Assembly (NCBI GenBank): GCA_012295275.1
Contig: CM022665.1
Coordinates: forward strand, 1,116,001-1,180,000
Length of the DNA stretch: 64,000 nucleotides
Reading direction: 5' to 3'
Source of the DNA: Chrysomallon squamiferum
Lineage: Eukaryota > Animalia > Mollusca
The position numbers were made by a program, and so were the translations under genes. Shown here piece by piece: positions 1-14,043 of the stretch. Numbering within the stretch: position 1 is the stretch's first letter; the number at the start of each line of letters is the position of its first letter. Under the pieces are notes generated by a model. That model saw nothing but the letters and a program-made list of their open reading frames with translations, ran no database searches and was not told where the DNA came from.

Positions 1-160
<160 letters not shown>

Positions 161-3100
161 TATCTTCAAACTTTTATCGTCAGGCTGCCACGTAGAATAT
201 ATTTTCTTTAATAGATAAGAACCTAAGTCACAGTTTGAATGTTAGTTGCATAGATGTTATTACAAGATTCGAAACTTTCCAACCTAGGCTCTAGGTTAAA
301 CATATTCAAATAATGCTTAAAATTAGTAGTACTAATAAGAACTTATTTGTAAATAATAAATAAATAAATAAATAATCAATCAATCAATAACCGTATCAGG
401 AATTAATATTGTTCGTTGTTCTTACAAAGGACGGGTGGCAAATTCATATTTAATGACGGTTGATGTCGTGAAAAGTTGAACTATCTCTAGGTAAAACCTC
501 TCTTTCAGTGGTCAAATTTAAAATCAGGTAAGTTACCTGTTGGACAGTTAAATACTATCTTAAATCCAATTAAACCATGTATACTGAATTAAAGACACGC
601 TATTCGTATTAACGTTTTAAACTTAAAACTGGTTTTAACATAGTTGAATGTGACATGGATATTTGTTGAAAAAGAAGAATAACAGCGTCAGTGAACTTCG
701 AGAAATTATATTTTATCACATTATCCTTCTCTGAGACGGGATTTACGGAATGAGTAAATTACTATTCGTTTTATGTTTCACACCTTCTATTATTAATCTC
801 ATTTTGAGTTGACCCGGTACGTAGAATTATAAAAGTGTCAGGAAGTAGAAATGACTAATTGGTTTACATGTTATGGGTTGCAGCGTGTGCGATTCACAAC
901 GAAGTAAGACGCGTTACAGGATTATTCTGAGTTATGTAGTATCCGTTCGTACAGGTATCTTTCTCTAAGCAGAACTGATGTATGTGCATTTCCTTTCCCT
1001 TTGTAGTTATTGCTTTTTATTTATATAACTAGTATTGTTTCAGTGGTGCATGTGTGTATGTATATATATATATATTCAAAGAGAGAATAACCTACGAGAA
1101 AGCAGTTTAAGTGCTGGTAAGGAAGCCTATGTTATTAAATCATTATTTTATTTATACTACGATTCCATCAACGTCAGCCCTTTGTTAACTTTTGACTTGA
1201 CGCACAATCACGCAGGTAAAAAGGAGAAGATAGATTGTGTCATGAGCCACTATGCTGAGTTCATTTTAAAACTAAATATCCACATTCCCGGGCCATAACC
1301 TAAATTATCTAACAAGAAACCAAAGTTTGAAACTGTTTCAGTTGAGTTTGATTATCGTTTTATGCACAAAATTTCTTTCATCAGACTGACCAGTTTTCAG
1401 TCCTGCCACGGATATCCCGAGTAACGTGTGAACAGATTATCACTGACACCCTGATTTGAGTTTTACACCATTCGTTATAAACTGTAGCGGATGAATAGGT
1501 CCATAGGTCAAAGTTAGGCGAATGTAGGCTATCGCTTTAAAAGAGGTTTTAATTATATACATGTAGCCTACCACGAGTAGTATTTTAATATGCTTTTTGC
1601 GATCTTTGAAATTCAGCAGAGTATTAAACACTATCATCATCATCATCATCGTCATCATCACTGAGGGGTTTCTTTCGAATCATTTTTTAAAGCTACAGTA
1701 AAATTTCTAAACCAGAAATCTTTGAAAACGAACGATTTCCTCGGTCCAGTGATTTATTACGTGAAACTTCAGTAATCTGAACATCAATCTCTTTACTTGG
1801 TTCCGACAAGGTTCGGGTTTTGGAAGTTTCATTGTATTTATAACTGCGTTCTGTTTACACGATGAGAAAGCGAAAAATGGAGAAAATAAAGATGCCAAAG
1901 AAACAGAAAAAAACAAATCAAAAACCAGGACTATGAATAATTTGTTTAACGAAACTTCAATATTTAAATATATGTGTGTGTGTGTGTGTTAGTGTGTATG
2001 TTGTATGTGTGTATATGTGTCCCAAAGTATATTTTTGTATAAACAAGCAGTAATACGTAAATATATGAAAAAGTAACAATTGTAAACATATTAAGATGAC
2101 CGCAATGAAATCATGTGTATCTGAACTCCACTGTTTGTACAGTTCTCGTGTTTATTTTTAAAGTTCTGATGAAAAGATAATAATAATAATAATGATGATA
2201 ATAATAAAGGGGAAAAAAATACTTAAATAAAAATAATAAAAATAAAAAAATAAAAAAACCCAGGAGAAAAAATAGATATAAAGTATGTGTTGAGATTTAC
2301 CTAAAACTGTCAAATGGTGTAATCTAGGGTATCAGGTATATGAATTTATTGGCCGCAACTGAGTGAAAAAACAGATTTCTGCAGTAACATGTTTCAGAGC
2401 CTGCGTGACTGTTTCATGCATCAGCGAATCTTTTCACGTTAAATCCTATCTCATTAAAGTATACGACACTTCTACAAAACAGCTGGATATATGTGTGTGC
2501 ATTATGTATGTAGGTAAAGTGTGTGTGCGCACACCCCGCACACACACACGTAAATACATATGCATTTACATAGAAAATACATAAATACATACATAAATAC
2601 ATACATAAATGCATACATAAATGCATACATTATACAAGTTGTTTCGTAACTGTGCGGTTATAAAAGAAGAAACAGCTGTTAAATGATATTTCACAATGTT
2701 ATGTGTCGTTGAGTACATACGAAAGTTGTTATTGTTTTAAATGCTCATGGCGCATAAATGTCATTTAGCCTTTTTATTGGCTTGCTCGTTACGATAATAT
2801 ACACACATTTTGAAAATCTGAAGTGGAGATGTCAACTATTACGAAAGAACAAAGATTATTTCAAAAGTATCTGCTCTTGCTAAGGAAACTATACACTCTC
2901 CCCAACACACATACACAAACACAAACACATACAAACCAGTTATTCAGTTAAAACACAAAGAAACATTCAGCATGCGATAAACTGATTTCAAGTAAATTTT
3001 TTATATTTTTTTATATTAGTACTCAAAAATATATGATTTTACACCCAGATAAGCAGGTCAACCATTACAGCTTATAAATCATCTGTTTACTGAAAAATGA

Positions 3101-3618
3101 AAAAATGTATGAAAAATAAAGGCACTTTATTAAAAGACTATGTTCATAAAGGTAATTTATAAACGTGTTTTGAGAGTTATTAGAGTGTGTAATTACATAG
3201 CCTTAATCAGCGGTTGGTTAATCAGCTTTAAACGTTTTGGGAGAAGACTCAAGTAGGTCAGATAGCTGTGTATATCGAAGTATGTGAGAAAACTGTGCAG
3301 ATGCACTGACACTGAAAACAAAACAACTACGACACAATGCTGCCTGCGTCGTGGCCGCCGCTTGTTTCTCTGGGCTGTTTCAGGTGTAACTGGGTTAAAA
3401 CACAGGACGCGGCTACATCAGCACTCAACATCTGTCATTAAATCATATTCACATTTTCCCTCATTATCATCACCATCATCATTATCATAATTGTTTCTGA
3501 ACATCTGTATTCTTTCATGTTTGCTTGAACGTTTTTTCTAACTCAAAGAATAGACAGAAAATAGACAATAAAATTATTTTTATATCTTTTATTGATAAGT
3601 ATTGTAATCATAATTACG

Positions 3619-3666
<48 letters not shown>

Positions 3667-3834
3667 GAAACGGAAAATAAAATAAATTGGAATTGTATTG
3701 CAAATAATTATGATATGTTCAATGACGACCCAGTCTTAAAGTTATCTTCTACAGTGCCTGGCATTGACTGAACGTGTATGACAGTTGATTGTAGGCAGTC
3801 ACAAAACAGCACATACTGAAACAAATTCAAGCCA

Positions 3835-3869
<35 letters not shown>

Positions 3870-3967
3870 TTTAAACATGTCTTTTCAAATGATATCTACC
3901 TGTTACCTGTATCGAGGAAAAAAATATCGGGAACAACTGCACTTTGAAAGAGTTCGTCTTCTTCGTA

Positions 3968-4187
3968 TTTGACTGTAAATCCATTTACCCGATTCGACAC
4001 AAAAATAATATCGACACGTAACAGTCGGTATCGGACACGAAAACATGAATTTATTAATTCATTGAAACGAGACGGCGATATTGCGCCTTGATTCTGCTAT
4101 CTTGTGCATCGCACTAACGTATCCTGATGCAAAAAAATATGCAAAAGGAAAGTGTCAGTCATTATCATTTATAATGGTGTTGCCTAT

Positions 4188-4230
<43 letters not shown>

Positions 4231-4436
4231 TTATTATTATTATTATTATTTGATGTTGTTGTTGTTGTTGTTATTGATGTTGTTGTTTTTAAAGTTCAGT
4301 ATCTAGTTTTTTTGGAGTGTAAATTTGCAAGTTCGTTTGTAATAACTTTATTCTAAGTAGATACAGCAACACGAAACCATCGTTACAGGGACAGACGCTG
4401 GTTTCGGTATCGGATAAATGGATTCACGCAGTCTAA
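3968..4436. mobile_element. Degenerate MITE-like element (imperfect terminal inverted repeats)
   Basis: Left GACTGTAAATCCATTTACCCGATTCGA (3971-3997) aligns with the reverse complement of the right end, GACTGCGTGAATCCATTTATCCGATACCGA (4404-4433); non-coding interior with simple repeats. Confidence 0.5.
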
Positions 4437-5140
4437 CAAATACCAGTTAAATAATTCAAGTTATGAGCGTGCGCGTGTTTGTGTGCGCGTGTGTGTGATT
4501 ATCGTGTCATGGTTTCTACAAAGTAATGTAAAAAGACATCGAGAGCAAGAAAATAGAAAACAAACTGTACTGCTAAACATACCGAACACGCATACACACA
4601 TACTTTTTAAATCGTATTTTTTACTAAATATGGTAGTGATGTTTTAGTCGTAAGTTCCATATTCTTTTCGGTTTAAGTTTCTTCTTTCCTTTGATAGGAA
4701 TGCATTATTATGGCTAAATGTAACTTCGGCCATGTGTGAACTTGGAAATACAAATACGAATGACAATGCATTTCCTTAAAGTTTGGAATACTTCTTAACA
4801 ATAATAACATAAAATTAAATAAAGCAGTCCTTTCTAGAATAATCAGAAATATGATTTCCACATAACATTTAAAAGTAACATGCATTCATTTCTTTCCATA
4901 CATTACAGTCATAATAATAATACATATCAGTTTCAGAATTTTAAAATATATGCCTAATTTACAAGTCTGGGTTTTCGATCCCTCGGGGATCAACCTCGGG
5001 GAAACTCATCTTGACCAATGGGGGACGCTATCGACCAGTCTGGCGATCCAAGGTCCAAAGATATTTTCGTACATACCTTTTTTTATACGAAATTTATTTA
5101 TTTACTTTAAAGAAAACAAAGGAGGGGATGACGTTTGAAA

Positions 5141-5756
5141 TCATGGGTAACAGACTGAGACACGTGACGTCCTCCTGCGGTTGTGAGAATGACAGTACTC
5201 TGCATATTCCTCCCAAGAACACGCTTTGCCCGTGCAGCATTCCTGCACGATCCCTCGTTTGTGAATTATATGTCTATGTCTTGTTACTTTTGTGTTCAGA
5301 AAGGATGTAGCTTGATTCTTTGAAATAAACACAGATCGTTCTTGTGGTATAGTTTCTGTTTCTGCAAATAAATAAAACACAGTTAAAACGTATTATAATT
5401 TCAGTTATAGCCGTAGTACAAAGGCAATACATAGAATAACCTTAATACACTATAATAACAAATCAACAGCAATATCATTTGTAGAAACGATTGGAGCAGC
5501 AGTAACAGAAATAACCAGTATTAAGACTAGAAACAGTAGTCGTAGTTAAAGAAATAACAGTAATATAAATGACGTACTGGTTTTTTCAGAAATGTATTGG
5601 AGGAAGGAAGTCGCATTCACAGATCGCTTTTTGACAATTTTGTACGGGTCAGACATACACGCAACGTGGATGTGATCTACAAGCTCGTCTCGACAACGAC
5701 GATGGCACTCTGTATGCCACACTTCCAGTAACTGCTCACCATTCAGTGAGTGGAGC
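5141..5756 (-). CDS. Insulin/relaxin-family peptide, Ilp7 (dilp7)-type: B-chain, C-peptide and A-chain exons
   Basis: Exon 5756-5578 encodes LHSLNGEQLLEVWHTECHRRCRDELVDHIHVACMSDPYKIVKKR; exon 5361-5141 encodes KR-GIVQECCTGKACSWEEYAEYCHSHNRRRTSRVSVCYP*. GT-AG phase-1 intron between them. The CCxxxxCxWEEYAEYC A chain and WHxxxHxRCRxxL B chain match Drosophila Ilp7 signatures as I recall them; dibasic convertase sites flank the C-peptide. Confidence 0.9.
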
Positions 5757-6752
5757 CTACAACAACAACAACAACAATAATAATAATAAAATAATAATAA
5801 TAGCAGTAATAATAATAATAATAATTATTATTATTATTATTGTAAGTATTGTACAATGACAATAAAAGGATTAAGTATGTGCATGAGAGAGAGAATGAGA
5901 GAGAGAGAGAGAGAGCTTTTTTACATAGTTATTTGTGGTTTATTATTACATTAGACACTTAAGTGGTACAAATGAATACCAATTATAGGAGCTATATAAG
6001 AAATCATTGTAAATGCAGCAATAATTATAAACAATATAAGCAGTAAAATCATAGTAGTATTATATTAACATTATAAAATAAAAATAACAGTTCCATTTTA
6101 ATCTGCGAAAATATAATTACGTACATGTAACGAAAATGTACCGTAGTTCACTCAAATGTCGCCATTAAACGTGTCACGTATTTATGCTTGGCATGCCAAA
6201 AATAAACAGAACTATCAGGGAAGAATGACCTCGACTGTTTCGAAAAAGTTTGCGCCAACATTTACATTTCTGAACTTAGTCATTCGGAATTTGACCGAGG
6301 TTACATGGTATGTTCGTTTTATCATGTACGAATTAAGCGATGATAGAAAATTAGACTGTTCTGTAACTCGCAAGGTAACTAAAGACATATATATATGTAT
6401 ATATATGATTTCATTTTATTAATTTTGTTTTAAAGCTTATATTGTTAAGGAGAGAGTGGTGCAGTGTTCAGATAATTTAAGATTTAATTCATTTTCTTTT
6501 TCTTTTTGTAACTGTGAACTGGTTTCACCTACAACAGAATATACTATTATAATTCACCTCTCCATCCAAAAAGAAAACAAAACTGACTAACTAACTGAAT
6601 AAATAAATAAAATTACAATAAATAATGCACACACATATATAGAGACAGACCCTTCTGAAAGTTATAATGGCATATTTGTACTTAATTGACTAAAGAATCT
6701 TTTATTTCGGCATTTTACTGTTTTAAACGTAATTGGCGCTGCTTAACGAATT

Positions 6753-6829
<77 letters not shown>

Positions 6830-6980
6830 TTATGACTTCATGTTTTGATGAACAAGCTGTCCACATTATTAAAACTGTAATAACTCTTTCTTGCTTCACA
6901 CAGTACGTTATTGTTCTTCACAGACTGCTCCCTCTTCTATTAACTTAATTAATAATTTATTTATTTATTTATTTTTGTAC

Positions 6981-7033
<53 letters not shown>

Positions 7034-8961
7034 AAGATCAGGGTTTATTTAATGTGACATTTTAATGAATGCTTTCTTTTCGTGTCAGTTTTTTAATATC
7101 ATACAAAGTACGTGTCATGCTAAATTAACATGATACCGACATTTAAAAAGAAACGTTAAAGTTGTCGTACGTGAACATGTTGGCACTGTGTCTTCCGGTG
7201 TACACGGAAACTTCAGCTCGTATAACCTTTTCATATTTTGATTTATATGTAATACAAGAAAACAAACTTGCGGGTTTTTCCGCAGGTGAATGGTGAAACA
7301 ACAAGCACAAATATTGTAATTGCTACATATTTTTTTTTATACGCCTGAATCTATGCATAGATCGTTAAAGTTATGTATGTGAATCCGAGACCATATAGTT
7401 ATACATCCGCTTGGGTGAAGGGAGTGAAAGGGTTCATTTTGACAGAATTTGTTAATTTACAAAGTATTTCGTTACAAACTACGTCAGCGTTGCGTACGTG
7501 TAAGTATGCATGTTACCACATAAAATACATATCGTTTACAGACCGTCGAAACAATGGAAATATTTTGAGGGAATGTAAAACGTTTTGTCTAGGACCTTTC
7601 GAATTTATATGAAATAGTAATAAAGTGATTGAAACGTTTGCCATACAGACAAATAGTACCGAATGAACATTAACATGCTCACCAAATACAGAGTTGAGAG
7701 CCTCTTGTATGTGTCACTCAAAGTCAAGTATCATCATAGTTTGTTTCCTTTAACTTACTATGCATGATTTCATATATAGACTGTGTTTTACACTGGAACA
7801 AAGCGTAGGTAGATGGGTCTTTGAAAGACATCAAATATAGCCACAAAAACACAAATCATCATGGACGGATACTGCTATAGCAAGTAAAATACAAATAAAT
7901 CTAATTGATAGAGAGATGTAAATAAAACGTATTCTGCACTTCATAAAACTAATAATAAGCATAATATATATTTTTGACAAAATATTATGTTTGAACCCCA
8001 AATACAGCTCCAATTTCTGCCAGTCGGGCGATCTTTTCGATCTCAAAAGTCCTTAACATGCGGTATTTATAAGACATAAATATGCATGGCATGCTGTTGA
8101 ATGTTTGAATTATGAAAATTATGTACCAAATGGTTTGAGGTCGCACGGTTTGGCGGGCAAGAATTTGACGATTGTAATTCATGGGCTCTTGTCATTCGAC
8201 CAGTGCAGGAAATGGTCGACGCCATCTTTAAAAATATCGTACAAAGCTGCCGTTCAGTAAAAATTATTTTGTGTGACTTTAGCTGTGGAATAATAATTAG
8301 CAGGTGTCCAGTGAGCTAAGGGACATAATACTGAAAAACAATCGGCACTCGGAAAAGTGTTCGTACATCATAGATGGCCGCTCTTCTCGATTAAACACAG
8401 ATACCACTGATATAGTAAAGCTGGGGAGGAGTCAAGAATATATTTTTAAAAGCGTAGGTTATATTTTCTGGACATATATAAATCTTTTTCCGTTTCCGTA
8501 TCAGTCAAACAGCGGTGTAAGGTTGAATTACTGACGTGTTTCGTGTGGGCCAAGAGCACGTGATTTCCGTTTTTTTGAATGGAAGCATGCCTGGAGGTGA
8601 TAACCCTGTAAATTACTTCTTGTTAACGCATTTGTCATACAACTGATAAATGGATCACATGTGTTAAAAAAAAAAAAAAAAAAAAAAAAACCTGAAAATG
8701 ATGTATCTGTCAGAGGCTACTTAGTACAAAATATATTTTCATAATGGTCAGAATGTCTTGTAAGTAACAACTGGGGGGAAAATGACCCAGAAATGTTTTT
8801 AATTTTTATTTTTTATATTAATAATAATAATAATAATAATAATAACGATGATAAATAAATAAAATACATCTCATATAACATATTTACATTTATTGTTTTA
8901 TTGATGAAATATATATTCATTTATTTGCATCAGTATATATAATGAAATAATACACGCTCAC

Positions 8962-8977
8962 CTAGTCACACAAATAT
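8962..8977 (-). CDS. Candidate 16-nt micro-exon of the Ilp7-type gene
   Basis: ttttcag|ATATTTGTGTGACTAG|gtgagc; converts phase 1 to phase 2, exactly what the B-chain exon needs. Confidence 0.5.
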
Positions 8978-9613
8978 CTGAAAATATATAACTAATAATA
9001 CATACATACATACATAAATAAATACTGTATTGCAATATTAAACTGGAATTAAATTATCAGTCTCTGAGATTATTTCTGATTACAAAGAGAATCTGAAACT
9101 GTGAAGTCACTAATCTATTTCTAATTCCAAATACTGGTCCACTTAGAAAGAGGAATAGCGATGATATGCATTTCCGTGTGTATTAAAAAAGTCAAATTTG
9201 TTCAACACACAGAAGACGCTAAGAGATATTTTATATTTACTTTTATAACATAACAAAAACATACCTTTCGAAGTCGTTGGCATTCACAAAACCATTCATG
9301 CAAAGCATTAACGCAAATGTCATTCCGGATACAAACGTTGTAATAGGTTGGCTTCGTACGCCAAATGTATCTGAAACAAAAGAGATATATTTTCATAAAT
9401 CACAAAACAATTATACAATAAAATTTACCGCAGGAGAAAAAAAAAAAATCGCATGCAGGCTCCGCACATACGCGCGCACACAAATACATGCAGATATATA
9501 CATACACATATTCATTTATAAGTACATACATACATACATCGTAAAGGCACGATGGTTTTTTTCGGCTGTTTTTAATCTTTTTTATGTGTGTCCGTTTGTA
9601 TGAACGTCTTTGA

Positions 9614-9698
<85 letters not shown>

Positions 9699-11306
9699 AT
9701 GATTAATAATAAGAAATATAGGACAACCATTCCAATAAAAAAAAATTGAATATTTGCCAGTGGTGAAGGTTAACCAGTACACACTCTTCTGCGTGTCTGT
9801 CATCTACACTAATTACCAGCCTACCAGCTGTGCCAAATTTAACAAATACCAGTTAGCGTTAACGTAATATCAGTCCAAAAAGGTGATGGTTTGGTCAGTG
9901 GGAGAGCTAGTTTTCATGGACTAGTCTTTGTATCTATTTAATGGATCGCAATATCAGTCCAGTTCGATTTGTCGTTCTAAACTGTTCCTCGCGACTGGTA
10001 TAATTATATAGTACAATTGCATTTAATATGCCAGCTTCTACCAAGTCAGTTTATATACTTATCGTATATCAAATTTGTTAGTCCATTTTAAGCATGATAA
10101 TAAAACATTAATCTTCGGAAGATAACACACTGCTTTTAATGTTCTACTATTTTTATTTATTATTTTGTTGTATTTTAGCAATATTCTTCTTAAAATTCGG
10201 AAGAAACGAAATGATGTTCTATTTTGTTGTGTAAACATAAACCCATTCCTAATTTTAGTATTGTTACCGGACAGAAATGCAAAGGGACACAACTCTTGCC
10301 TACCATATTGATAAAATTTAGCATAGTGAAAACTCTTATATGATAAAAGTAAATATACCACTATCCCTTACGTTTTTTTGTTTTTTAACTTTTTTTTTTT
10401 TTTTCATATTTTTTTTTTTTTTCGTTTTTTTTTTTTTTTTTTTTTTCGTTTTTATTTAGAAAGCGTCACTATCTGAACATTTTATAACAGTAACCAATGT
10501 TTATTCTTTTTCATTTAGGAATATTGTTTTCTGCTTCAGTGTCAGAGAGAGCTGCTCAAGGCAAAATAATAAAACTTGTTTGCATTAATAGTAATAATAA
10601 TAAAGCAAATTATAACACTTTATTCTTAGAAAGCTAACCTCTGTTTAGAACGAACTGCCTCATCATCAGGTTCACCTTTAAATAGCCACAAAATAGTTTT
10701 TTATTTATCGCAGTTAATGGCAGTGAGAAGAATGAAAAGGAACACAATAACAAAAACAAAACAAAACAAAACAAAAAGGTATTTTTATAAGAACTACGTC
10801 CTAAAGAATAAAATCTATTCTGTTTTCCTAGATATTAAAATAATTCTATAGCAGTTACAAAACTGCATAAAAGCACACAAAGGTACTGATGCAGTTGTAT
10901 GAATGTGTATTTCATTCATAACAAAATACATTTAAATATCTTATATCAGATGTATGTTATTTATTTATTTATTTATTATTGTTATTTTTATTATTATTAT
11001 TATTATTTGTAATAGATATTTTAGATTTAAAAAAATAATAGAAAAAAAAATAAATAAACAACAAAGAAAAAACAAAACAATAAAAAAAAAATCACACACA
11101 CACACAAATCACTGATACCACTGCATTCGTTTCAGTTAATAGCAAAAGATTTTTCTGTGGATATAAACATAGCTTTGATATATCTGACATCGGGCACTAG
11201 CTGGGAAATAACGCAATAACGCATTGAATAAGATTGTTTCTGTTATTCATCAAATCGTACTTTCTACCTTCAACTGGATTTTGCAAAATATGTATATTTT
11301 TTTTTA

Positions 11307-11380
<74 letters not shown>

Positions 11381-11616
11381 TTTATTATACATCAGTACTT
11401 TTAAGACAAATCTCAAAGATGTGTGTCACGTCTGGAGAGGTGCACGAGTTTGTCAAAGACGCTGTTTTCTGTAGATAAGCCCTTCCTTCCTACTAGCACA
11501 CCAAAATGCCTTCCAGGATAACTGCAGACAAACACAACCGTCAAGGTACAAATGTAAATATTTTCTCTTTCATTTATTTGGCGTTATACATATAAGTACA
11601 AAACACAGAGTTATAG

Positions 11617-11651
<35 letters not shown>

Positions 11652-11691
11652 TCTCGAAATCATATCATGCGATGTGCTACTCTTTTTAATT

Positions 11692-11762
11692 ACCAGAAAG
11701 AAATCTTTTATGGACAAGAACACACATACCACTACGTTTGATAAACCAGTCGTAGGAAACTG
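11692..11762 (-). mobile_element. Degenerate SINE core fragment (Meta/MESC-domain-like)
   Basis: Reverse complement reads ACGACTGGTTTATCAAACGTAGTGGTATGTGTGTTCTTGTCCATAAAAGAT; related pieces at ~12935-13030(+), ~26400-26490(-), ~9980-10002(+). Family assignment is from memory of mollusc SINE cores, not a search. Confidence 0.45.
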
Positions 11763-12055
11763 ACCACCTGCATACTAATGTGAAATAGCAAAAACCTATT
11801 GTTATTACTGTCAGTTTTATTATTATCATCTTCATCATTGTTACTATCGGTTTCAGCAGAATGTTTTAAGGAAAATCATATGGTATTTGTAGATAACACC
11901 GGGCAAACACTTTAGCTGTATATGGATGTTATAAGTTAGAATATGTTATAAATTAAAATACATAGAGAGCTATTCGGAATTAAATTATTACTTCAGTATT
12001 TAAAGAGTCGTTATATTAATAAACAAGATATAAATTTTACAGAAAAGAGTTGTAC

Positions 12056-12098
12056 CTGCAATGATGAAAAGTACTGAAACGCTGAAGATGAAAGCCAT
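12056..12098 (-). CDS. Candidate first coding (signal peptide) exon of the Ilp7-type gene
   Basis: ATG-MAFIFSVSVLFIIA-g|gtacaa (phase 1). Joined with the micro-exon it gives MAFIFSVSVLFIIADICVTRLHSLNGEQ..., a 152-aa prepropeptide. Confidence 0.45.
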
Positions 12099-12934
12099 AT
12101 GGAATTGTTCACCTTGCTACTGAGGATTGTAAAATGTCTAGTCCAAGTGTTTCCGTCCCGAATGGTGCCATCATTTAAAAAATAAAAAAAAATGATATCC
12201 ACTTGAGCCTGGAGCCTGTTGGCGTAGACTTCTATTCCTTACTAATGATGAGAGGGCACATTTTTAAAGCTGCATTTCTTTTTCCTTTTTTTTTCACATT
12301 ATCTGGAAATTATACAAGCGCGCTATCAAGATGAGAAACACGCCATGAACGTGCGGGAAGTTTGTCAATTAATTTAACAACGAATGGGGAAGTGATGACG
12401 TGACCGTGACACGGGTTTATAACGGTTACTGGGTGCAAATATTATGCCAAGAACGCAATTGGAGGCTGAATACTTTTTTTTTTTTTGAGGTCAAAGTTTC
12501 TCGAATCTTCTTAGAATGGAAGCAGATTGCTCATATGTTGGTTTCTATAATTATCGTGGGATGATGAAACCATGAAAAAGTTTTCAAAAAACTATCGTTT
12601 TTGTCTTTGTCAGTGATCTATTTATATTCTAAAATATCTTTGAAAACAAAAACGTATCTTCAGTTCTCATTAAGAGTAATATACTTATGATTTTTTCTTC
12701 TTTTGCTTTTGTGCAAAATACAATTTGACAGCTATTTAAATAATATTAGTACTAAAAAACCCCAGATATAAACATATTTATATATGACATATATATATAT
12801 GGGTTTTTTAAGGACTGGTACCAATTTTTGTTTCATGGAATACATTTCCTTTTGTGTTATTCATTAGTCGTGTACAGAGGTTGGACACAATTCTGCGATG
12901 AAACAACGGGTACGCTCACTAATTATATCTCGCT

Positions 12935-13030
12935 GAAACGACTGATCTGTACGAGAAGTAATAAAGTTATGTATTATCCAGACAGTGGAATGGTACATAT
13001 AAAAGATAACTAGATACTAAGTGGAAAAAA
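12935..13030 (+). mobile_element. Degenerate SINE core fragment (same family)
   Basis: GTTATGTATTATCCAGACAGTGGAATGGTACATATAAAAGATAAC shares the GTATGT...ATAAAAGAT core with the other copies. Confidence 0.45.
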
Positions 13031-14005
13031 AAACAAGGTTTTACTGGATTGTATGTGTCCTTACGGTAGATTAAACATTTTTGAGTGTGGTGTTAATATT
13101 TCATCTCAGTTCATTTCGCTATCAGTGGAAACAAAAGATTCGATTAAAATTATAAGTGGGTCCAAATATTTTCATGTTAATTAGAAAATATTTTATCTAC
13201 AAACAAAATAATTTAATGTTTTACATAATGTCAGTAATTTTACACTGAGAACTGAAACAAACACAAACTAACTAAATAAATAATAATAAAACACGACAAA
13301 GGATAAAAATAACTGCTACCACTGAATTACTAAAAAATAATTTCTACCTACCTTGATACCATAAATGATATTTTTTTTTTTTTTTTTTTTTTGTACTTAC
13401 CAAAACCGAAAATGTCCATACCTTCTGCTGTTGAATGTTTTTGAAAAAATATTATTTTTTTCTCCACGGATTTTTGATGGTATCGCAAAAGGAATCCTTA
13501 AATAAGTGAAGTACTTCTCCCTGGGGCCTACGCATCGTGTCCTGAACGCCCCACCATCGTTACACCGTACATCAACAACTGGCGATATATAATAACCAAG
13601 CCTATTAGATAAATATGTTATAACTTCATAATTAAACACGACAGGACTATCTTTGATATCTGATGATCAAAGTAATTTATATCTATTGGATAGGGGAATC
13701 AGTTCTGCTGAAATATATTTGGCCTTGTTAGGACATACTGTCAACATTTGAACAACACCTGCTATTATTGTTTTGTGCATTTAGTTATAGATCATATTAC
13801 ACCGACTAGAAGCAAAGAAAAATTAAAATGTACACAAAAGATTTGAATGTTCTGATAATAAAATATTTTCATAATTCATCTATATTAAATAACAGTATGC
13901 ACAGAATGTGAAGAGATTAGTCGAGGTTTTCTGTTTGTTTGTTTGTTGAGTTTTTTCTTTCTTTTCCTTCTCCCACCCCGACATCTACACTCTGTAAATG
14001 TTGAA

Positions 14006-14043
<38 letters not shown>

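Noticed and set aside
1707-1916. Short open frames on the minus strand
   Set aside because: No recognisable motif or linked exons within the window.
3256-3540. GC-richer stretch with QCCLRRGRR (+) or KKRSSKHERIQMF...VEC* (-), considered as a second insulin/IGF gene
   Set aside because: No complete A-chain Cys pattern, no B chain and no convincing splice partners.
7759-8075. Minus-strand TATA-like site, hydrophobic ORF and gtaagt donor as Ilp7 exon 1
   Set aside because: The hydrophobic ORF stops before the donor, and the open frame at the donor is phase 1 whereas the B-chain exon needs phase 2; may be a non-coding alternative exon.
13397-13639. Minus-strand ORF ending at a strong donor
   Set aside because: No ATG or signal peptide in the phase-2 frame; possibly a 5'-UTR exon, unsupported.
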